DNA from: Macrostomum hystrix
Lineage: Eukaryota > Animalia > Platyhelminthes
Direction of reading: 5' to 3'
DNA length: 64,000 nucleotides
Assembly: GCA_950097015.1 (NCBI GenBank)
Contig: CATNEN010000039.1
Coordinates: forward strand, 14,260,001-14,324,000
The notes beneath the pieces are model-generated. The model was not told where the DNA came from and searched no databases. It saw only the letters and a list, made by a program, of their open reading frames with translations. Position numbers and translations under genes: made by a program. Shown in pieces: positions 34,601 through 46,646 of this stretch (within the stretch, counting starts at the first letter, position 1; the number at the start of each line of letters is the position of its first letter).

Positions 34601-34946
34601 GAGAGGGGAAGTCAACAGAATGGGATCAGAGAGAGGGGAAGTCAACAGAATGGGATCAGAGAAAGGGGAAGTCAACAGAATGGGATCAGAGAGAGGGGAA
34701 GTCAACAGAATGGGATCAGAGAGAGGGGAAGTCAACAGAATAGGTGTGTAAATAGAAACACAGATCAAACTTTGCCGCTCACCTATCCAGAAACTGTGAC
34801 ACATTCTTGGACTTGCGTATAAGCGGATACTTCAAATCGTCGCACAGGGCGCTGACGCAATCCAACAGGCTGTCAATATTGATAGCCGAGCTGTTGCGCA
34901 ATACCTCAGACTCGATGGCCATCTGGCCAGTGGGCTGGTTGCTCAT
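22640..34946 (-). CDS. ROCK: Rho-associated coiled-coil protein kinase (~1267 aa)
   Basis: Exons 34946-34783, 30093-29835, 29473-28398, 28013-27747, 26921-26469, 26046-25471, 24361-23830, 23116-22640; phase-consistent (3804 nt). N-terminal [27 protein letters not shown]. Kinase motifs [38 protein letters not shown], and hydrophobic motif LPFIGFSF. Coiled coil with FLELYKTE and Rho-binding LKNQAVNKL. Split PH domain with C1 ([17 protein letters not shown]). Confidence 0.95.
23135..23660. repeat. 21-bp G-rich minisatellite (gtagtgacgagtggggatggg)n in ROCK last intron
   Basis: Direct tandem repeat with GGGG runs. Confidence 0.95.
24443..25442. repeat. 27-bp minisatellite (tgacaaggtgtcctgacggtagctcaa)n filling ROCK intron 6
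   Basis: About 37 units; source of the repetitive ORFs at 24231-25456. Confidence 0.97.
26092..26422. repeat. 25-bp minisatellite (gatcatgacccaatgataactaagg)n in ROCK intron 5
   Basis: Period 25 (26092, 26117). Confidence 0.95.
26968..27600. repeat. Two related 21-bp arrays (aggtcatagccatatctttct; aaggtcattgatatatttctc) in ROCK intron 4
   Basis: Homogeneous blocks at 26968-27280 and 27470-27600 are joined by degenerate units. Confidence 0.9.
29500..29790. repeat. Degenerate tandem duplication in ROCK intron 2
   Basis: gggattattttgcgatgaggatcagagc-type blocks recur about every 50 bp. Confidence 0.7.
30210..31930. repeat. 31+36-bp dimeric (67-bp) minisatellite with higher-order blocks in ROCK intron 1
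   Basis: Alternating ggctggagtgacattctaagaaactctggca and ggctggagtgacattttaatccaagaaactcacaga. Confidence 0.95.
31944..32106 (+). mobile_element. SINE family A, 5' fragment
   Basis: ggggtgagttgcagagcggctaacg...ggggcgcagcggcggagagaaggcttggggg...gagggccaacctc matches the 57945 copy. Confidence 0.75.
32690..33530. repeat. ~20-bp minisatellite (gattaggacgattccaaagc)n with higher-order structure
   Basis: Direct tandem repeat in ROCK intron 1. Confidence 0.93.
34290..34741. repeat. 30-bp minisatellite (gaatgggatcagagagaggggaagtcaaca)n
   Basis: Period 30; ends about 40 bp from the ROCK exon 1 donor. Confidence 0.95.
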
Positions 34947-35324
34947 TGGCTAGTTGAGTTTAGCAGAAATTTATAATTTATGTTGTTAGAGTACAGTTTG
35001 GAGACCGTTTGGTTAAACGCATGCAACACTAATCCAATCTAGCTGAAATCAATGCAGACATGATTTTATGAGATTATAAAAAGCATAATTATGATGGAAA
35101 ACAGATGATTTTTTAGCCATAGTCTGAAGAAGAAAACATTTCGCCTAATATTTTCTAATCTTCCAATGCGCTAGGAAATAAACATAATTTTTCTGAGAAA
35201 TACAAAAGCTAACTTTATTGTTAATAAATGAGTAATGAAATATTTTAAAGAATCAAAACTATTCAGAGAGATTCAAAGAGTAGGTTTTCAAAGAACCAAT
35301 AGACTACTACAGACCACAGAGGTA

Positions 35325-35535
35325 TACAACAGACTGAGTATACAAGAAACAGACTGAGTATACAAGAAACAGACTGAGTATACAAGAAACAGACTGAGTA
35401 TACAAGAAACAGACTGAGTATACAAGAAACAGACTGAGTATACAAGAAACAGACTGAGTATACAAGAAACAGACTGAGTATACAAGAAACAGACTGAGTA
35501 TACAAGAAACAGACTGAGTATACAAGAAACAGACC
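35325..35535. repeat. Perfect 20-bp minisatellite (tacaagaaacagactgagta)n
   Basis: About 10 identical units. Confidence 0.97.
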
Positions 35536-35579
35536 AAGAATTAAAAAACAGACAGCGCTTTCAAAAAATCCGATTAGGG

Positions 35580-37730
35580 TCTCAAGGAAGCAGACTGGGT
35601 TTCAAAGAAACAGACTGGGTTTCAAAGAAACAGACAGGGATTTTAAAGAAAGACTGGGATTTCAAAGAAACAGACAGGGATTTCTGAGAAACGGACTGGG
35701 ATTTCAAAGAAACAGACAGGGATTTTAAAGAAACAGACTAGGATTTTAAAGAAAGACTGGAATTTCAAAGAAACAGACAGGGATTTCTGAGAAACGGACT
35801 GGGATTTCAAAGAAACAGACAGGGATTTTAAAGAAACAGACTTGGATTTCAAAGAAACAGACTGGGTTTCAAAGAAACAGACAGGGATTTTAAAGAAAGA
35901 CTGGGATTTCAAAGAAACAGACTGGGATTTTAAAGAAAGACTGGGATTTCAAAGAAACAGACTAGGATTTTAAAGAAAGACTGGAATTTCAAAGAAACAG
36001 ACAGGGATTTCTGAGAAACGGACTGGGATTTCAAAGAAACAGACAGGGATTTTAAAGAAACAGACTTGGATTTCAAAGAAACAGACTGGGTTTCAAAGAA
36101 ACAGACAGGGATTTTAAAGAAAGACTGGGATTTCAAAGAAACAGACTGGGATTTTAAAGAAAGACTGGGATTTCAAAGAAACAGACTAGGATTTTAAAGA
36201 AAGACTGGAATTTCAAAGAAACAGACAGGGATTTCTGAGAAACGGACTGGGATTTCAAAGAAACAGACAGGGATTTTAAAGAAACAGACTTGGATTTCAA
36301 AGAAACAGACTGGGTTTCAAAGAAACAGACAGGGATTTTAAAGAAAGACTGGGATTTCAAAGAAACAGACTAGGATTTTAAAGAAAGACTGGAATTTCAA
36401 AGAAACAGACAGGGATTTCTGAGAAACGGACTGGGATTTCAAAGAAACAGACAGGGATTTTAAAGAAACAGACTTGGATTTCAAATAAACAGACTAGGAT
36501 TTCAAAGAAACAGACTAGGGTTTGAAAGAAACAGACTGGGATTTTAACGAAACTGACTGGGGTTTCTAAGAAACAGACAGGGATTTTAAAAAAACAGACT
36601 GGGATTTCAAAGAAACAGACTAGGGTGTCAAAGAAACAGACTGGGGTTTCAAAGAAACAGACTGGGATTTTAAAGAAACAGACTGGGATTTCAAAGAAAC
36701 AGACTGGGATTTCTAAGAAACAGACAGGGATTTAAAAAACAGACAGGGATTTTAAAGAAACAGACTGGGTTTCAAAGAAACAGATTGGGATTTGAAAAAA
36801 ACAGATTGGGATTTGAAAGAAACAGACTGGGTTTCAAAGAAACAGACTGGGATTTTTAAAAAACATATTGGTATTTCAATGAAACAGACGGATTTTAAAG
36901 AAACAGACTGGGTTTCAAAGAAACAGACTGGGATTTTTAAAAAACAGACAGGGATTATAAAGAAACAGACTGGGTTTCAAAGAAACAGACTAGGATTTTA
37001 AAGAAACAGACTGGGATTTCTAAAAAAAAGATTGGGATTTCAAAGAAACAGACTAGGATTTCAAAGAAACAGACTGGGTTTTAAAGAAACAGACTGGGAT
37101 TTTAAAGAAACAGACAGGGGTTTCAAAGAAACAGACTGGGATTTCAAAGAAACAGACTGGGATTTCAAAGAAACAGACTGGGATTCCAAAGAAAAAGACG
37201 GATTCCAAAGAAAAAGACCGGGATTTCAAAGAAACAGACTGGGATTTTAAAGAAACAGACTGGGATTACAAAGACACAGATTGTGATTTCAAAGAAACAG
37301 ACTGGGATTTAAAAGAAAAAGACTGGGATTTCAAAGAAACATAATGGGATTTCAAAGAAACAGACAGGGATTTTAAGGAAACAGACTGGGTTTCAAAGAA
37401 ACAGACTGGGATTACAAAGACACAGATTGGGATTTCAAAGAAACAGACTGGGATTTAAAAGAAAAAGACTGGGATTTCAAATAAACAGACAGGGATTTTA
37501 AAGAAACAGACTGGGATTTCAAAGAAACAGACTGGGATTCCAAAGAAACAGACATGGATTTTAAAGAAACAGACTCGGATTTCAAAGAAACAGACTGGGA
37601 TTCCAAAGAAACAGACTGTGTTTCAAAGAAACAGACAGGGATTTCAAAGAAACAGACTGGGGATCAAAGACAGATTGGGATACCAAAGAAACAGACTGGG
37701 ATTTAAAATAAATGGACTGGGATTTTTAAA
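35580..37730. repeat. ~21-bp minisatellite (aaagaaacagactgggatttc)n, 2.1 kb, with 224-bp higher-order repeats
   Basis: Direct tandem repeat; identical blocks at 35930 and 36154. Confidence 0.96.
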
Positions 37731-38308
37731 AAAGAGGCAATGTACTTTAAAAAATAATATATACCTTTGAAGAACCATATTAATTACCTACCGAGAAAAG
37801 AAATAAAAAATATGGCATTTGAATAGTTAATATATAATCGTTTTTTGCCAATGCAAAGAAAAAACTACTTTGAAATGCTAAAAACCTGGTTTTCACAATT
37901 TCGTTCTTAATCAAGGTATTTACCTGGCCAGTACAGGGTCAGCTTCATGGAAGCAAGAAAAAAAGACATGGAAACCAGTATAATAAATTTGCATGGAGGG
38001 TAGTATGGAGGGTACAATTTAGGAATTCTATAAACATAAATGGATTATTTACAACCTAGGCAAGAACAATTTAAGAAAGAAGAAAGAAAACCGATGAAAG
38101 TAGCACAAACTAGGAATTGTTTCAGGAAAAATGCGCTTTTATTTAATTTTCTTTAATTTTTTCTTGCATTACAACAGGCATCGAATGAGTGTCAGCCTCT
38201 CATGCATGTCTAACAATAAATGAATTTGTCTTTTCAGCTTAGACTTGATTGGTTTTTGATAAATTCTAAATGATAGAAATATTCAGTAGAAGAGCTGCAG
38301 ACATGTGA

Positions 38309-38471
38309 GGAGTTAGGTGGAAGAGCGGTCTGACGCGTTTACCTCTCGCACCTGAGCTCGATTCTACGACGAGGCCGCTTTGGGCGCAGCCGCGGAGAGA
38401 AGGCTTGGGGGCTTGTCGTGCAATTTGCGCCCTTGAGGGCCAACCTCGAAGGCACAGTGAGGGTGTAGACA
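38309..38471 (+). mobile_element. SINE family A, 5' fragment
   Basis: ggtggaagagcggtctgacgcgtttacctctcgcacctgagctcgattctacg...gggcgcagccgcggagagaaggcttggggg matches the 57945 copy. Confidence 0.8.
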
Positions 38472-38785
38472 CGGGAGAGATGAGACACGGGAGAGATGAG
38501 ACACGGGAGAGATGAGACGGGGGAGAGATGAGACACGGGAGAGATGAGACACGGGAGAGATGAGACACGGGAGAGATGAGACGGGGGAGAGATGAGACAC
38601 GGGAGAGATGAGACACGGGAGAGATGAGACACGGGAGAGATGAGACACAGGAGAGATAAGACACGGGAGAGATGAGAACGGGAGAGATAAGACACGGAAG
38701 AGATCATGAGACACGTGAGAGATGAGACGGGGGAGAGATGAGACGGGGGAGATATGAGACGGGGGAGAGATAAGACGGGGGAACG
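38466..38785. repeat. 16-bp minisatellite (gagacacgggagagat)n
   Basis: Period 16 (38471, 38487); related to arrays at 55055 and 49290. Confidence 0.93.
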
Positions 38786-39047
38786 GGAGGCTAAGGAGGA
38801 TACTGAAGGTGTCGGAAGGGGCAACGGACCCCTAGGATTTGGGAGCCTTCGATGGTCGCATCTGGCCTGCGGGCCTGAGTTTGCCGATCCGTGATCTAAA
38901 GGCTTAAATTTCAACGTATAAGTGATTTTTTAATAAACGGGATTTTGCAGACTTGTGAAATTTTTCAAAGCCATCACCATAAAAGCAGCTAAAGACCGAA
39001 AACAAGCAGAAACCAACAAACAGACAAACAGGCTACTGACGCCTCAC

Positions 39048-42000
39048 TTAGGTAGCAAAATCTGCGTCACTAATAATCTCAGCGGCGTGAGTAGCTCCGG
39101 CAGTAACTGAGCAGTCGGCTTCAACAATGCAGTCGCGCAGATTGCAGCCGTCCTGACAGTCGGCACCGGGGCACAGGATGCAATTTGTGAGGCTGGCGCC
39201 TTCGCCAACAATGGCGCCGTCCATCAATACGCAGTCGTTTAGGCGCGATTTTGGACCAATAGTGCAATTGGCACCGATGAAACAGCGCTTGACAACGGCG
39301 TCCGTAGCAACGGTGGCTGCGGAGTGAATATTGGGCCCTGATGGCTGCTGCTGCTGTTGCTGTTCATGTCTTGGTTTGCGCTGTTGCTGACGCAGTAGAG
39401 CCCGAGTTGCCTCCGCGTAGGCTGGCAGATGATTCACTCGAATGCACAGGGCATCAGCTGGAACAACGTAGGCGAACACCTGCGGTGCGGAGCCAGGGGG
39501 TTGGCGAGCCTCACTGAAGGAACGGAGGGTGACTAAATAGTTTCACTGGATAAACGGAGGAGTTGCTAAGGAGGCTTACTGAAGGAACGAAGGAGTTGCT
39601 AAGGAGGCTTACTGAAGGAACGAAGGAGTTGCTAAGGAGGCTTACTGAAGGAACGAAGGAGTTGCTAAGGAGGCTCACTGAAGGAACGAAGGAGTTGCTA
39701 AGGAGGCTTACTGAAGGAATGAATGGTGACTGAAGAGGCTCACTGAAGAAACGGAAGAGTGGTTGAAGAGGCTCACTGAAGGAACGTGAAGCAGTTGAAG
39801 AGGCTCACTGAAGGAACGGTGGAGCAGTTGAAGAGGCTCACTGAAGGAACGGTGGAGCAGTTGAAGAGGCTCACTGAAGGAACGGTAGAGCAGTTGAAGA
39901 GGCTTACTGAAGGAACGGTGGAGCAGTTGAAGAGGCTTACTGAAGGAACGGTGAAGCAGTTGAAGAGGCTCACTGAAGGAACGGTGGAGCAGTTGAAGAG
40001 GCTTACTGAAGGAACTGAGGGGTGGCTGAAGATGAGATTAGCACACATACCTGACAGGCATTGCTCTCATCAAAAGCGCCGCCATAGCTGTCTGACTGAC
40101 GTAGTACAGTCGGCCACGCTAGTCGATCTCCTCTAGATGACTGCTGCTGCTGCTGCTGCTGTTGCTGTTGCTGTTGTTGCTGCTGCTGCGGCTGCTGCTG
40201 CTGTTGCTGTTGCTGCTCCTGCTGCTCCAGCAACTGTTTGAAGCCATCTGTGGCGTTGAATTGCAAGCTATTCACAATATGCGGCAGGCATTCGCCTTTG
40301 AACATGGCCAGCTTCTGCAGTCGCTGATGCTCGCACAGCCAGCGCAGGACGTCGCGTCTCAATGCGTACAGATGAGCGTCCAATAGGCAGCGCAACATGT
40401 CGAAGCTGTGACCGAAGCGCTCGTGCTGCAGATCGGCTAGCTGGATTGGGACACGCCGGCCTAGGTCAGCCTCACCGTGTAGAAACACAACCCTGTGTTC
40501 GCCCTGACGGCACACAAACATTGAGAATGGGACACTTTACACTGAATCAACTTTTTGCCTATTATTTGTGGTTTTTGCCACCAACAATGCCACCAACAAG
40601 GCGCAGTGCCAATTCGTGTAAGAAATACACTAGCGCTTATGGAAAAAAATCCGACCTTCAAACAGAACCATTGAATATCTTGACGGTCCGCTGAGCTGGC
40701 GACTTGATTCTTGTTTCAGAAGATGCGCAACAAAAAGTTTGACCATGTTCTTGAGAGTTTCGTGTGCTTGCGCTGCTCCGTTTGGGTGCAGCAAAAATTA
40801 TCATTGGGTAAACCCCACAATTGAATGCATCAAGCTTTCAAGTGGGATTTAACACACAAAATCCTATGAGCACACAATTTGGACAAATGGATAGATTTTC
40901 CGTCTGCGGCCGTGCGTCAAACAATCGCGGACTCCATCAGCCCCTCCAAAAGCATACCTGTACATAACAGCACTCGGCCAGCTGTGCAGAGCTAGCCGGC
41001 GGATGGGGTCCATAGGGCGCCGCCGCTAGGCCAATCAGATCGCGATCCGGCTTCGCTTTAATCTTGCCGCCAGGTGTTACTGCCTGCGGCTGCTGCTGCT
41101 GTTGTTGTTTCTGCTGCTGTTCAGAAACCGGAGTCCGATTGCTAAGCAGCATGGTCAGGGGGCACAGCCGCTTGTCATGTACATCGGTAACCAATCGCAG
41201 TAGGCCTGCCTCGCACAGTAGGTCACCGCTAATCACTATCACATTGTCGGCTTTAGCCCGATCGGCATAGCGACGCAAAGCTTCCATTGTGCCGAGGGCA
41301 TCTTCCTCGCGCAGCTCGATGTATTCGAAAACTCCAGACGAAACGGCATCGGGAAATAGGCGCGACAGGTTGGCCTCAATGTCGCTTCTGGATTTAAAAG
41401 TAAACAAATTCAAGAGAATGATGCAGCAAATACAATTCATTACAGAAGATTGCATCCTCTAACTCATTACAGCAGATTGCATTCTGTCACTCATTACAGC
41501 AGATTGCATCCTGTCACTCATTACAGCAGATTGCATCCTCTCACTCATTACAGCAGATTCCATCCTGTCACTCATTACAGCAGATTGCATCCTGTCACTC
41601 ATTACAGCAAATTGCATTCTGTCACTCATTACAGCAAATTGCATCCTGTCACTCATTACAGCAGATTGCATCCTCTCACTCATTACAGCAGATTGCATCC
41701 TGTCACTCATTACAGCAGATTGCATCCTGTCACTCATTACAGCAGATTCCATCCTGTCACTCATTACAGCAGATTCCATCCTGTCACTCATTACAGCAGA
41801 TTGCATCCTCTCACTCATTACAGCAGATTCCATCCTGTCACTCATTACAGCAGATTGCATCCTGTCACTCATTACAGCAAATTGCATTCTGTCACTCATT
41901 ACAGCAAATTGCATCCTGTCACTCATTACAGCAGATTGCATCCTCTCACTCATTACAGCAGATTCCATCCTGTCACTCATTACAGCAGATTCCATCCTCT

Positions 42001-42452
42001 CACTCATTACAGCAGATTGCATCCCCTCACTCATTACAGCAGATTCCATCCTGTCACTCATTACAGCAGATTCCACCCTGTCACTCATTACAGCAGATTG
42101 CATCCTGTCACTCATTACAGCAGATTGCATCTTGTCACTCATTACAGCAGATTGCATCCTGTCACTCATTACAGCAGATTGCATCCTGTCACTCATTACA
42201 GCAGATTCCACCCCAGCCACTCATTACAATGGACTTTATCCCACCTATTCTCACTCCAGTAAAATTAACTCACTTAAAAGTCTCCAATACAACAAGTGTT
42301 ATTCTTGCAATTCCATGCGATCTGAGCAGCCTAATCGGATAATAAACTAAAGGCAATCCGCCAACATGTAGCAGTGCTTTGCATGAATTGCCAATTAGAC
42401 AGCGAACACCGTTGCCAAGACCAGCTGCAAGGACAACTGCCTCATAAGACAT
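39048..42452 (-). CDS. EIF2B3: Translation initiation factor eIF2B subunit gamma (~497 aa)
   Basis: Exons 42452-42274, 41387-40958, 40503-40051, 39479-39048; phase-consistent (1494 nt). Nucleotidyltransferase-like N-terminus: YEAVVLAAGLG..CKALLHVGGLPLVYYPI, LGTMEALR, VIVISGDL, DRDLIGL, LLDAHLYAL, FKGECLPHIV. C-terminal LbH hexapeptide repeats: FIGANCTIGPKSRLNDCVLMDG. Confidence 0.92.
39510..40030. repeat. 33-bp minisatellite filling eIF2B-gamma intron 3, two subdomains
   Basis: ctcactgaaggaacggtggagcagttgaagagg units, period 33. Confidence 0.93.
40612..40797. repeat. Dispersed repeat family D, copy 2
   Basis: Collinear with 1385-1568. Confidence 0.75.
41447..42229. repeat. 27-bp minisatellite (cattacagcagattgcatcctgtcact)n filling eIF2B-gamma intron 1
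   Basis: About 29 units. Confidence 0.97.
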
Positions 42453-42680
42453 GCCTCAGCTTAGAATGTCTTCCAGTTATTTAATGGTAGTTTGCACTTA
42501 GTTTGCTGAATAACAGTAAATGTGTGACTTGCTGAAATAATTATAATTGTCTGTGTAGGATGCAATAGAATGTTTCAATTGAAACTAATTAAACCATGGT
42601 ACTATGGCAAAGCTGCACAGGCCAATATTAAATATTGGTGGATTAAATAAAGATTTTGATTGTACTTATAGACAGTGCCT

Positions 42681-43330
42681 TAATAATAATAATAATTGCA
42701 GGAGGGCTGTGGACAACAGCACATCATTTTGGTGAAACAAGACACACAACCAGCAAAGAGGCAATTCTGCCCATTTTGCTGACTCCTAAGCACACATGCA
42801 CTCAGATACTGTACACAGGCATATGCTTACACAGGTGTACATACATCTGTCCTGACTTAATCATCATCAGGCAGTGTACACATACATACGCAACCTCCCA
42901 AATCTTAGCCGGCCGTGCCACTTAGTTTTTGCTCTCATTTGCGACTTAGTTCATTTCATTGCTCTATTTACGACTTAGTTTGCTCTCATTTGCTCTCTTT
43001 TTCTCTCCCCTTTTTCCTTTTCTTCACGCCTTCCTTTTTTGTCCCTTGGTCCCCCCTTTGATTTTTTTGCACTTGGTCAATTGGTTTTTGCGACTTACCT
43101 TGCTTGGCCCTTGTTTCACCCGGCCGGTTCGGCTGGGTCGGCCAGGTGTTGCGCATGTATGAGTGTACACTGTCACTGTGCCTTGGTGGTTGGCCTTCAA
43201 AGGGCATGAATTGCAAAACAAGCCCCCCAAAGCCTTCTCTCTGTGGCTGCACCCCAAATAAATGTGGCCTTGCAATGAAATCAAGCTTAGGGACACATTG
43301 TTTGGCAAGAAAGACAAATGGATTGCTTTT
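42681..43330 (-). mobile_element. SINE family A, CpG-erased copy interrupted by a hAT MITE
   Basis: (TAA)n tail at 42681. The body is collinear with the reverse complement of 57945-58310 on both sides of the 42881-43161 insertion. Confidence 0.8.
42881..43161. mobile_element. hAT MITE family C, complete 281-bp copy
   Basis: TIRs CATACATACGCAAC and GTTGCGCATGTATG; exact 8-bp TSD AGTGTACA at 42873-42880 and 43162-43169. Confidence 0.88.
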
Positions 43331-44620
43331 CAAATCTTACAATCAATCTAGAATTTTTTACAGAAAGTAATATTATTATGTATTTAACAAACTCATCAGT
43401 AACACAAATTTTTTGTTAAAACTAGGCCTGTACCTCTAAAGGCTTTATCCATGCTATATTTGGATACATGTTAGCCTAAGAAATAGCTACACCAATTTAA
43501 ATTCCGATTCATATAAAAGTTCTGAAAGCAATGTGATACTGCTATTTTACATAACCATTTAAAGTGTTTTTAAATTCTATTGTGCTCTTTTGGTTTGCAG
43601 TCAGGTTTTTGTCTATTTTGTTTTGTTTTTCATTTATATGGTCACATAGATCAGATCTCACATGAAATAAATTGGTTATTTATCTATTAGTACACTTAAA
43701 AAAGATAATGTGATACTGATAAAAAGTGTAGTGACTTACATTTCATTGGGAACAATTTTTTTAATTTGATTGTTGGAATTTTTTTGATTTATCCTTTTGG
43801 GCGGGAGTAGAACTAATTAAAAGTTGAATATTTCCATGTTACTGTGCAGCTACACCTCAACCCTAGCCACATAAAATTTATAAACCTATGCTCAGATACA
43901 CAAGTTTGAAAGTAAACTGATTTGCTTTTTATGGGACATATTTTGCATGCTATAAGTATTCATGCAATGCCAATATAAAAATGCTACTTCATTTGTAGTA
44001 GTGAAGTATGACACCGGGGCAATACTTCGGCAAGATCCCATTTAACTAGCATGGGATCTTTTACTGATCTCTCATTCTCTAAAACTTAAAGAAGTTTTCA
44101 ATTGACTAATTAAATCAATTACCACATTAATTTTAGTAACTTCTTTATTTGATTCAAGAAAATCTTAAAAACTTCATATGCCTTAAAATTATCTGCCTTA
44201 AATTTCACCTTGAAATTGAATTCCACATATCAAGGCAGACAATTCTGTCTCAATTTTTCCCCTAGAGATCTGACCAAATATCAACTAAGTAAACCAGGTA
44301 AAGTTTGACACATATTGCCATTATAAATTTTAGACAATTGATTTTAATAGCTAACTTCCAGTCAGAGGATTCCACCTTGAATTCTGACCTAATATACCTA
44401 ACAAAGTTCCGTATCGGAATAACTGCAGAGACTGCCAATAACCATCTGCCACAAAATATGTTACATTTTGGTGCAGCACCACACCACCAGAAAATGCATA
44501 TTAAGAATACATTTAGCAGTTTTTTATAAATAAAAACTGTATCTACGCATTCTATGCATAAAGCATAAAGTTTATAAAGATATGCAAGGCATCTGTAGAT
44601 CTGAAATAACTAGACAAATA

Positions 44621-44993
44621 GCCATTTGATTATTCGTCCGGTTAACTGAGTTATAACTTATAACTAAGTTATAAGGGGTTGTAGCGCTACCACGAGAACC
44701 TCTATCATTTGTAAGATAAAATAATTAACAAGCTGCAAAAGGACAGTCATTCAGATTTGAAGTTTGTGTCTCAAATTATTCTTGCTTATCAGCTAATTAA
44801 AAAAATTAATTCGGTTGTTTCAGGGACTAACTTAGTTCAAGGGTACAGTTTGGTCTTTGTGAGGTCAAGACACAAGATGGCTCTCAGCAGGGCAAGAGTG
44901 GTCTTTGGGAGGATCGTTGCTCCTGCTCATTGAAAGGGGAGAAATTAAGTCCTTGGGTGGTTAACCGGTTAACCGGACAAATAATCAAATGGC
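44621..44993. mobile_element. MITE with ~27-bp TIRs
   Basis: gccatttgattattcgtccggttaac pairs with gttaaccggacaaataatcaaatggc; TSD unclear. Confidence 0.7.
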
Positions 44994-45219
44994 CGGCTAC
45001 CATTAAAATTAGAAGTTGAAGAGAATAGAGACTAAAAAATAGTAAATTTTACTTATAGTAAAGGCTATATAAAAGCAACAAAGAGTTGCTTTCATTCTCA
45101 ATGTGGCCGGTGCTTATAGTTAAGATACAGAGCACAACAAATTTTCATTTGATCTGAGGCAGAGCAGAAGAGTTCAAATTAAGAGTTGTTAAATTATAGG
45201 CCTACAATTAATTAAATAA

Positions 45220-46160
45220 TAGGAATCGTCGTGTAAAATAGACACATCAAAAAGCTGCGCGAATCCGTGTCAATAAAACCCGTGAAAATCTGATGGCATA
45301 GCCTTAACATCCCGCATTTTTTATCGTAGGATATCGTTACAACGTAGCTTAGTGGCGAAGCCCTTCGGTGATTTAGTGGCGAAGCCCTTCGGTGATTAAA
45401 AAAGATTATTTAAATAGAAAAAACTTGAAATTCACACTTTGACCACACTAAGGAAAGTGAAGGGGGTAGCCAGATTTTTTCGTGGTTTGGGTTTTAATTC
45501 TGTGCAGCGTAATTTCCTGACATGGAATAAAAACACAAAAAATTGCTTCCTTTCAAAGAAGCTGAATGCGACAAACTTTAAGACATCAACATTTTGGGGT
45601 ACACTGATTTCGGCCAATACACCGATACCCCCTGGCTACGCCAATGAGAAAAGTAAAGAAGTAAATAATTCAGCGGCGTTTCAAGCACTAAACTGTAAAT
45701 AAATAGCAAATATAGCACTGTTGCTCAAGCGACTCATATAAAAGATCAGCGATCGTGAATTTCAGATAATTTTAGAGCAATATTTAGCATGTTCAGATAT
45801 GAAAGAACACAATTTCATATGATTATGCACATGTAAATGCATTTTTTGCTTGTAAATGTATTTGAAACCGCAATAGAACAGGTTTGCAAGTTTGCATGTT
45901 ATTTGCGCTGAGTTAAAATTAGAAATAAGAAATTGACTGCAGAAGTGCAGTAGAGAATAATAAAATTACATAATAGTGTTTTTGTTTTGAAATGAGTCAG
46001 AAAGAAATAAAAGCAGACTTTGGTTAAAATTCGTTAAATACGTAAAATGGTTGGTGTTATTATTACAGACACACCGTGATTTAAAGTATTATTTGGTCAT
46101 ATTTTTTTTCAAATCTAAATCTAAATCTAAATCCAAAAAAATAATAAAATCCACTGCCGG
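45220..46160. promoter_or_regulatory. Putative CpG-retaining bidirectional promoter core for eIF2B-gamma and CK1-alpha
   Basis: An island of retained CpG between two CpG-depleted flanks, lying between divergent genes. Contains a 24-bp direct repeat ttagtggcgaagcccttcggtgat (45349-45396). Inference. Confidence 0.5.
45459..45646. mobile_element. Short hAT-type MITE related to the 1916 element
   Basis: Ends ggggtagccag and ctggctacgccaatg; imperfect 8-bp TSD aggaaagt/agaaaagt. Confidence 0.55.
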
Positions 46161-46646
46161 TAGAAGTGGACAGAAAGTTTAATAGAAATTATCTTTCTGG
46201 ATAGAAATTCCCATTAAATATAGTTATGTTATTATAAATATTTCAAATAAAGCAAAAAATTATGAAAATATAGGCGTTGCTTATTGTCATTTGTCATGCT
46301 TCCACATTTTACTGTGCATGTCAATAACTTGTACAGCGGTAACAAAGCCCACATATTGCCACTGTAGTCTAGACAAATAGGCTCCTGCATCTTCAAAATT
46401 AATGTAGTGGAAATGCTATGTTTCACTCTAGTTAAAAATTAATAGACTTTGCTTCACTGATGATTCATCCAATGTTATAACTTTTCAACTTTTAAGTAGC
46501 CAAGTAGGTAGGCAAAAGTAAAAGTATTTTTAAGTTAATGCCTTATTTATATATTCAAATTAGACTTAGCCTTGCAAGAATGCATGTTTTTTCTGGAATG
46601 CATCTAGCATGCTCTAGACAATGATTGTTAGGCCTATAACTTGCTA

